A stretch of DNA of 32,000 nucleotides from Demequinaceae bacterium. Lineage in GTDB: Bacteria; Actinomycetota; Actinomycetes; Actinomycetales; Demequinaceae. Shown here piece by piece: positions 27,933 through 32,000 of the stretch; positions within the stretch are counted from its first letter, which is position 1, and each line of letters starts with the position of its first letter. The stretch lies in NCBI GenBank assembly GCA_965250005.1, contig OZ252279.1, positions 1,260,001-1,292,000 on the forward strand, read 5' to 3'. Made by a program: the position numbers and the translations under genes. The notes below the pieces were generated by a model, which did no database searches, was not told the origin of the DNA, and worked only from the letters and a program-made list of their open reading frames with translations.

Positions 27933-29531
27933 ATGACAACAAACCGGATTCTCGACCGGCTAGGCGCCGCGCGTGTGGCCCTCCTCCCGCTACTTGCTGG
28001 CGTGGTGCTTGCCGCTTGGTCGGTCGCTTCACCAGTCGGTTCCTCGCCAGACGAGGATTTCCACCTCACCAGTGCCTGGTGCGCCTACGGCGACCGCGAG
28101 GACATTTGCGCCACAACGAACGAGCCACACCTGCGCGTCGTTCCCGAAGCGCTCGTCGACGAAGCGATCTGCTACGCGCACCGCCCTGCGCAGAGCGCCG
28201 CGTGCCAAGGCGCCGAGTTCGGCTTGCACCCTGAGCAAGCTGTCATCACCAGCCGCGGGAATTTCACCGGCCTGTACTCCGGCGGATATTACATGTACAC
28301 CGGGCTCTTCGCGTCCGACAACGTGGAGCGATCCGTCGTTGGGATGCGCCTCGCAAACATCGCGCTCACGCTCGGACTCCTCATCGTTTGCTACTGGGCG
28401 CTCCCCACGCGCCGACGCATCTTGCTAGTTGTCCCGGTGTTGGTCACCGCCGTTCCTTACGGAACTTTCCTGACATCATCCGTCAATCCGAGTGGCTGGG
28501 CCCACGCCTCGGCCGCAGCGGTATTTGTGAGCGTCGTTGGCTACTACGAGACCACTGGAAAGAAGCAGGCAATCCTCTCTGCCGTAGCAGCGTTCGCCGT
28601 GATTATCGGCGGCTCCGCTAGATCGGACGCGGCGGTCTGGGCGGCGCTTGCCATCGTCGCGGCCACAGTCGTGAGCGCGTCTCGAGCGCCCGAGTTTAGG
28701 AAGCTGCTCGTGCTTCCGACGGCATTCATCCTGTTCTCGTTCGTGCTCTGGGCCTCCGCCAAAAACGGGACCGCGCAACTCTTCACAGCCCCCGAAGGCG
28801 CGATCGTCCCCTCACCATCCGAGATGTTCCAGGTGATCCTGCCGAACATCTCGGAGCTATGGGCAGGGACCTTCGGTTCCGGCGGGCCGCGATCAGCGTG
28901 GGGGCTCGGGTGGGAAGACACGCCGATGCCTGGCGGGGTGTGGGTATCGATGCTCGCGCTGTACTCGGCCACGCTCTTCGCAGGGCTGAGGGCCGTCGAC
29001 CGGCGCAAAGGCCTCGCGCTCGGAATCGTCCTTTTTGCACTTGTCGCCGCGCCCACCTATGTGCAGATCGGGACCTCGCTTCCCGTGGGCTATTACACGC
29101 AGCCGCGCTACCTCGTCCCGGTGATGATCATTCTGGTCAGCCTCGCGCTATACCGCCGAGAGGGGACACAGTTCTCGCTATCGCGACCGCAATGGTGGAC
29201 CGGAGTCACCCTGATTACCCTCGCTCATGCGATCGCGCTCCATACAAATATCCGGCGTTATGTCACTGGCCTCGACGAGTTTTCGTGGAACCTGGACACC
29301 GACGTCGAGTGGTGGTGGGACGGCGCGCCAGCGCCATCAATCGTCTGGCTTGTCGGAACCGTCGCCTTCGGTGCCGTCGTCGTCCTCGCGCTGCGTTTGG
29401 TCGGTGTCGTACCTATCGCCGAGCACGCTACCGCGCCACAGGCAATCACGCCGAGTGGAGCTTCGATCACGAAGGGCGCGAAAAAAACCAAGCCTCGTTC
29501 GAAGAACAAGACGAAGGCGAAGACCACCTGA
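27933..29531 (+). CDS. DUF2142-like multi-pass membrane protein
   Basis: ORF listed from 27885; ATG at 27933 ([10 protein letters not shown]). [22 protein letters not shown] and [14 protein letters not shown] motifs, many TM helices, Lys-rich tail. Confidence 0.75.
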   Translation: MTTNRILDRLGAARVALLPLLAGVVLAAWSVASPVGSSPDEDFHLTSAWCAYGDREDICATTNEPHLRVVPEALVDEAICYAHRPAQSAACQGAEFGLHPEQAVITSRGNFTGLYSGGYYMYTGLFASDNVERSVVGMRLANIALTLGLLIVCYWALPTRRRILLVVPVLVTAVPYGTFLTSSVNPSGWAHASAAAVFVSVVGYYETTGKKQAILSAVAAFAVIIGGSARSDAAVWAALAIVAATVVSASRAPEFRKLLVLPTAFILFSFVLWASAKNGTAQLFTAPEGAIVPSPSEMFQVILPNISELWAGTFGSGGPRSAWGLGWEDTPMPGGVWVSMLALYSATLFAGLRAVDRRKGLALGIVLFALVAAPTYVQIGTSLPVGYYTQPRYLVPVMIILVSLALYRREGTQFSLSRPQWWTGVTLITLAHAIALHTNIRRYVTGLDEFSWNLDTDVEWWWDGAPAPSIVWLVGTVAFGAVVVLALRLVGVVPIAEHATAPQAITPSGASITKGAKKTKPRSKNKTKAKTT

Positions 29532-29535
29532 CCCG

Positions 29536-29994
29536 ATGGACGCACAATTCGACGGCGCCATGGCCGCAGCCCTTGCGCAAGCGCGGGACGCGGCCGCGCA
29601 CGACGACATCCCGGTAGGCGCGGTCGTGCTCGATGGCAGCGGCGCGATAGTGGCCCGCGCGCACAACCGGCGCGAAATCGACTCGGATCCGACCGCGCAC
29701 GCCGAAATCCTCGCGCTGCGTCAGGCTGCAGACGCGACAGGAACGTGGCGGTTGGATGGCCACACGCTCGTCGTCACGCTTGAGCCTTGTTCCATGTGCG
29801 CGGGCGCAATCCTGCAAGCGCGCATCCCTCGGCTCGTGATCGGGGCCTGGGATGCAAAGGCCGGCGCCACCGGCTCCCAGTGGGACCTCGTTCGAGACGG
29901 ACGCGTCGGAGCAAAGGTCGAGGTGATTCCAAATGTGCGATCCGAGGAGTGCGCCCAGTTGCTGACCGATTTTTTTGAGACGCACCGCAACTAG
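29536..29994 (+). CDS. tadA: tRNA-specific adenosine(34) deaminase
   Basis: MDAQFDGAMAAALAQARDAAAHDDIPVGAVVLD...; zinc motifs HAE and PCSMCAGAI. Confidence 0.95.
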   Translation: MDAQFDGAMAAALAQARDAAAHDDIPVGAVVLDGSGAIVARAHNRREIDSDPTAHAEILALRQAADATGTWRLDGHTLVVTLEPCSMCAGAILQARIPRLVIGAWDAKAGATGSQWDLVRDGRVGAKVEVIPNVRSEECAQLLTDFFETHRN

Positions 29995-30047
29995 CGTCAT
30001 TCGTTCCAGTTTGGTCGCAGCCACGCGCGGCGGGTATCCTCGTCCAC

Positions 30048-30134
30048 GGTGGCGTGTCCGAGCGGCCTAAGGAGCACGCCTCGAAAGCGTGTGTGGGGGA
30101 AACTCCACCGTGGGTTCAAATCCCACCGCCACCG
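30048..30134 (+). tRNA. tRNA-Ser(CGA)
   Basis: Acceptor GGTGGCG/CGCCACC, anticodon arm CACGC-CTCGAAA-GCGTG, long variable arm, T arm GTGGGTTCAAATCCCAC; CCA encoded at 30135-30137. Confidence 0.96.
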
Positions 30135-30139
30135 CCACA

Positions 30140-30177
30140 TGAGCCCGGCTCGCGCCACGCGACGCGCGTCGGGCTCA
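30140..30177 (+). terminator. Hairpin downstream of tRNA-Ser
   Basis: TGAGCCCG-N22-CGGGCTCA inverted repeat. Confidence 0.5.
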
Positions 30178-30189
30178 GTGCGTTCCGCG

Positions 30190-30624
30190 CTAAGCCGCCG
30201 TGCTAGCGATTCCGAAACTCGTAGTGAAGACGATAAGGATCGCCCAGCCGAGGATCCCCAGGTAGCCCATAACGAGCGCGGCCCGCGCAAGCCCGCCGCC
30301 CGCCTCGCCTGTCCTGCCCACCGCGATCAGCGCTCTGTGACCCAGGATGACGGCGATAATGCTGACCACGGGGATGATCCCGAGCAGCGACATAACGAAC
30401 GCGATGATGGCCGACACGTTGGTGCTTGGGCGCGCCGGGAAGGTGCCGGGCGCGCCCGGCCCGACGGCGGCGGTGGCGGATCGGTTGGGCGCGGCCGGGG
30501 CACCTGCGCCCGCGGTTGACTGTCCACCATAGAATCCAGGGGCCGAAGCCGCGGGAGGGGTCGGCACCCGCTCGCCGGGTTCTGGAGGGGGCGCGAACGG
30601 GTTTGAGTCGCCAGCTTCATTCAC
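30190..30624 (-). CDS. DUF4190-like Pro-rich membrane protein
   Basis: 144 aa; Pro/Ala-rich N-terminus then NVSAIIAFVMSLLGIIPVVSIIAVILGHRALIAVGRTGEAGGGLARAALVMGYLGI. Confidence 0.75.
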   Translation of the reverse strand: MNEAGDSNPFAPPPEPGERVPTPPAASAPGFYGGQSTAGAGAPAAPNRSATAAVGPGAPGTFPARPSTNVSAIIAFVMSLLGIIPVVSIIAVILGHRALIAVGRTGEAGGGLARAALVMGYLGILGWAILIVFTTSFGIASTAA

Positions 30625-30637
30625 GATTGCTCCAGTC

Positions 30638-31351
30638 CTAGGCTACGTCAGACGCAGGCGAAACGGTGGGGTCCGGGGTGACAAGCGGCACGGTCGGGTC
30701 AACGGGAAGTGTCTTGGGCCCGGGCTCGGCGACGATGAACTTGGCCGCCCGGCACGCTGACGCCGCCGACAACGGGATGTCAGCGTCGAGCTCCTCGGCA
30801 GAGAGCAGTCGCAGCGACTTCTCGTCGTAAAGAAGTCCGAGCACCACATCGACCGTCCTGCCGTCGCGTGTGTCCAGCACAAGTTCCGACTCGACGAAGT
30901 GGCGTGCAACTGTGTACGCCTGAGCGACGCCCTCTTCGCCAAAGCTGATCCTCACAACGCCGTCGTACTCACCCTTGCTCCAGTTGGTGGCGCCTCCGCT
31001 GATGAAGCCGCGACCAATCATGTCGCCGAGCGCGGTGCCAGCGAGACCCGACACCTTAGTGCTGTTGAGCACGCGAACAACCGTCTCTCCGGCTGGAAGC
31101 GGCAACGTGTCCGCGGGCGGACATGCCAGCGTGATCTCGCTGCCGAAGTCCCCGGCGATGGTGATGATCGGCTCTGAAAAGGGTCCAGCCGTTCGCTCTG
31201 AATAGACCGATGCAGCGCCAAAAGCAACAGTGCCGAGCCCAATGAGCATCAACCCAAACAACAACAGCTGGCGTTCGCGGCGCCGCCTCTTGAGCACCTG
31301 ACGGCGCGTTCGCATGGTCGACGTTGTCGGCTTGGGAGTCTTGTCGTTCAC
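30638..31351 (-). CDS. LytR C-terminal-domain-like membrane-anchored protein
   Basis: 237 aa; one TM, then VVRVLNSTKVSGLAGTALGDMIGRGFISGGATNW, typical of the LytR_C domain. Confidence 0.78.
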   Translation of the reverse strand: MNDKTPKPTTSTMRTRRQVLKRRRRERQLLLFGLMLIGLGTVAFGAASVYSERTAGPFSEPIITIAGDFGSEITLACPPADTLPLPAGETVVRVLNSTKVSGLAGTALGDMIGRGFISGGATNWSKGEYDGVVRISFGEEGVAQAYTVARHFVESELVLDTRDGRTVDVVLGLLYDEKSLRLLSAEELDADIPLSAASACRAAKFIVAEPGPKTLPVDPTVPLVTPDPTVSPASDVA

Positions 31352-31381
31352 GGCACAACCCTAATCGAGACTGAACCTTGG

Positions 31382-31466
31382 CGGAGGATAGGGGATTCGA
31401 ACCCCTGAGGGCTTGCACCCAACACGCTTTCCAAGCGTGCGCCATAGGCCACTAGGCGAATCCTCC
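31382..31466 (-). tRNA. tRNA-Ser(GGA)
   Basis: Reverse complement GGAGGATTCGCCTAGTGGCCTATGGCGCACGCTTGGAAAGCGTG...GGGGTTCGAATCCCCTATCCTCC; anticodon GGA; long variable arm. Confidence 0.95.
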
Positions 31467-31571
31467 AAGGCCATTGATGTTACTAGAGCAACGCACACCT
31501 ACCGAACCGCGTGCCCGCGGCTTCCCTAAACGGCTCCAAACACGTCGATTTACGTGGCTAGACTTGTGCAC

Positions 31572-31661
31572 GGCCCCTCACGCGACGCCACCTTTCGGAA
31601 CTCCCCCAGGGCAGAAATGCAGCAAGGGTACGGAAGCTCTGGTGGGTGCGTGGGGGGTCCT
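31572..31661 (+). ncRNA. ffs: Bacterial small SRP RNA (4.5S RNA)
   Basis: Helix 8 signature CCAGG-GCA-GAAA-TGC-AGCAA (31616-31625 region) with outer arms GGCCCCTCACGC.../...GCGTGGGGGGTCC; located between tRNA-Ser and dnaX. Ends approximate. Confidence 0.88.
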
Positions 31662-31716
31662 TTGCGTTGCTAACTAGTTCCGGCCGATGCGGTTGTGGGC
31701 GGCCTGGCCTAGAGTC

Positions 31717-32000
31717 ATGTCTGTGACTATTGCGCTCTATCGCCGCTACCGGCCGGACACCTTTGCGGAAGTCGTCGGCCAGGAGCACGTCACCGACCCA
31801 CTCCGGCAGGCGCTCAGGGCCGATCGAGTCAATCACGCGTACCTGTTTAGCGGGCCGCGGGGCTGCGGGAAAACCACCTCAGCGCGCATTCTCGCTCGGT
31901 GTCTCAACTGCGTAGAAGGGCCCACGGACACGCCGTGTGGCGTGTGCGACTCGTGCGTCGAACTCGCGCGCGGCGGTTCTGGCTCGGTTGACGTGGTCGA
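31717..32000 (+). CDS. dnaX: DNA polymerase III subunit gamma/tau, N-terminal portion
   Basis: MSVTIALYRRYRPDTFAEVVGQEHVTDPLRQALRADRVNHAYLFSGPRGCGKTTSARILARCLNCVEGPTDTPCGVCDSC; runs off the window. Confidence 0.96.
   Translation, partial: MSVTIALYRRYRPDTFAEVVGQEHVTDPLRQALRADRVNHAYLFSGPRGCGKTTSARILARCLNCVEGPTDTPCGVCDSCVELARGGSGSVDVV

Noticed and set aside
27061-27936. 291 aa plus-strand ORF covering the upp locus and the 26900-27220 intergenic region
   Set aside because: Mostly antisense to well-supported upp. The unshared 5' part (MSHRCYRATKRGHRKSQVYYHQ...) has no recognised motif. The ~330-bp gap between the nrdA promoter region and upp remains unassigned rather than called coding.

Overview
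High-GC, actinobacterial-type chromosomal window, densely coded and mostly operonic. From left to right it contains: a partial GT2 glycosyltransferase (-); a five-gene surface-polysaccharide operon consistent with UDP-N-acetyl-L-fucosamine synthesis (capF-like, GT4, RmlD-like SDR, capE-like, capG-like); a multi-pass membrane protein (-); a TPP riboswitch followed by a thiBPQ-like thiamine ABC transporter; a rhodanese (-); dnaK-grpE-dnaJ-hspR preceded by two HAIR-like inverted repeats; a PLP-dependent aminotransferase-fold enzyme; a DrrAB-like ABC exporter; a degenerate-GGDEF-like protein (-), divergent from an unusual ~938 aa polypeptide that joins ECF sigma factor, zinc-binding anti-sigma motif, membrane region, (DSGTGG)n linker and a large putative ectodomain; nrdAB for class I ribonucleotide reductase (-), where NrdB carries subclass Ic-like Glu/Phe substitutions; upp (-); a DUF2142-like membrane protein; tadA; tRNA-Ser(CGA); a DUF4190-like and a LytR_C-like protein (-); tRNA-Ser(GGA) (-); the 4.5S/SRP RNA; and the start of dnaX. 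The strongest candidates for follow-up are the one-piece transmembrane sigma factor with its divergent GGDEF-like neighbour, the Phe/Glu NrdB with tandem NrdR-like and DnaA-like boxes upstream, the CapF-like protein that has lost the SDR catalytic dyad beside a stand-alone intact SDR, and a GC-dinucleotide-repeat frame break at the 5' end of the aminotransferase gene. All calls come from reading the sequence; no database search was run.
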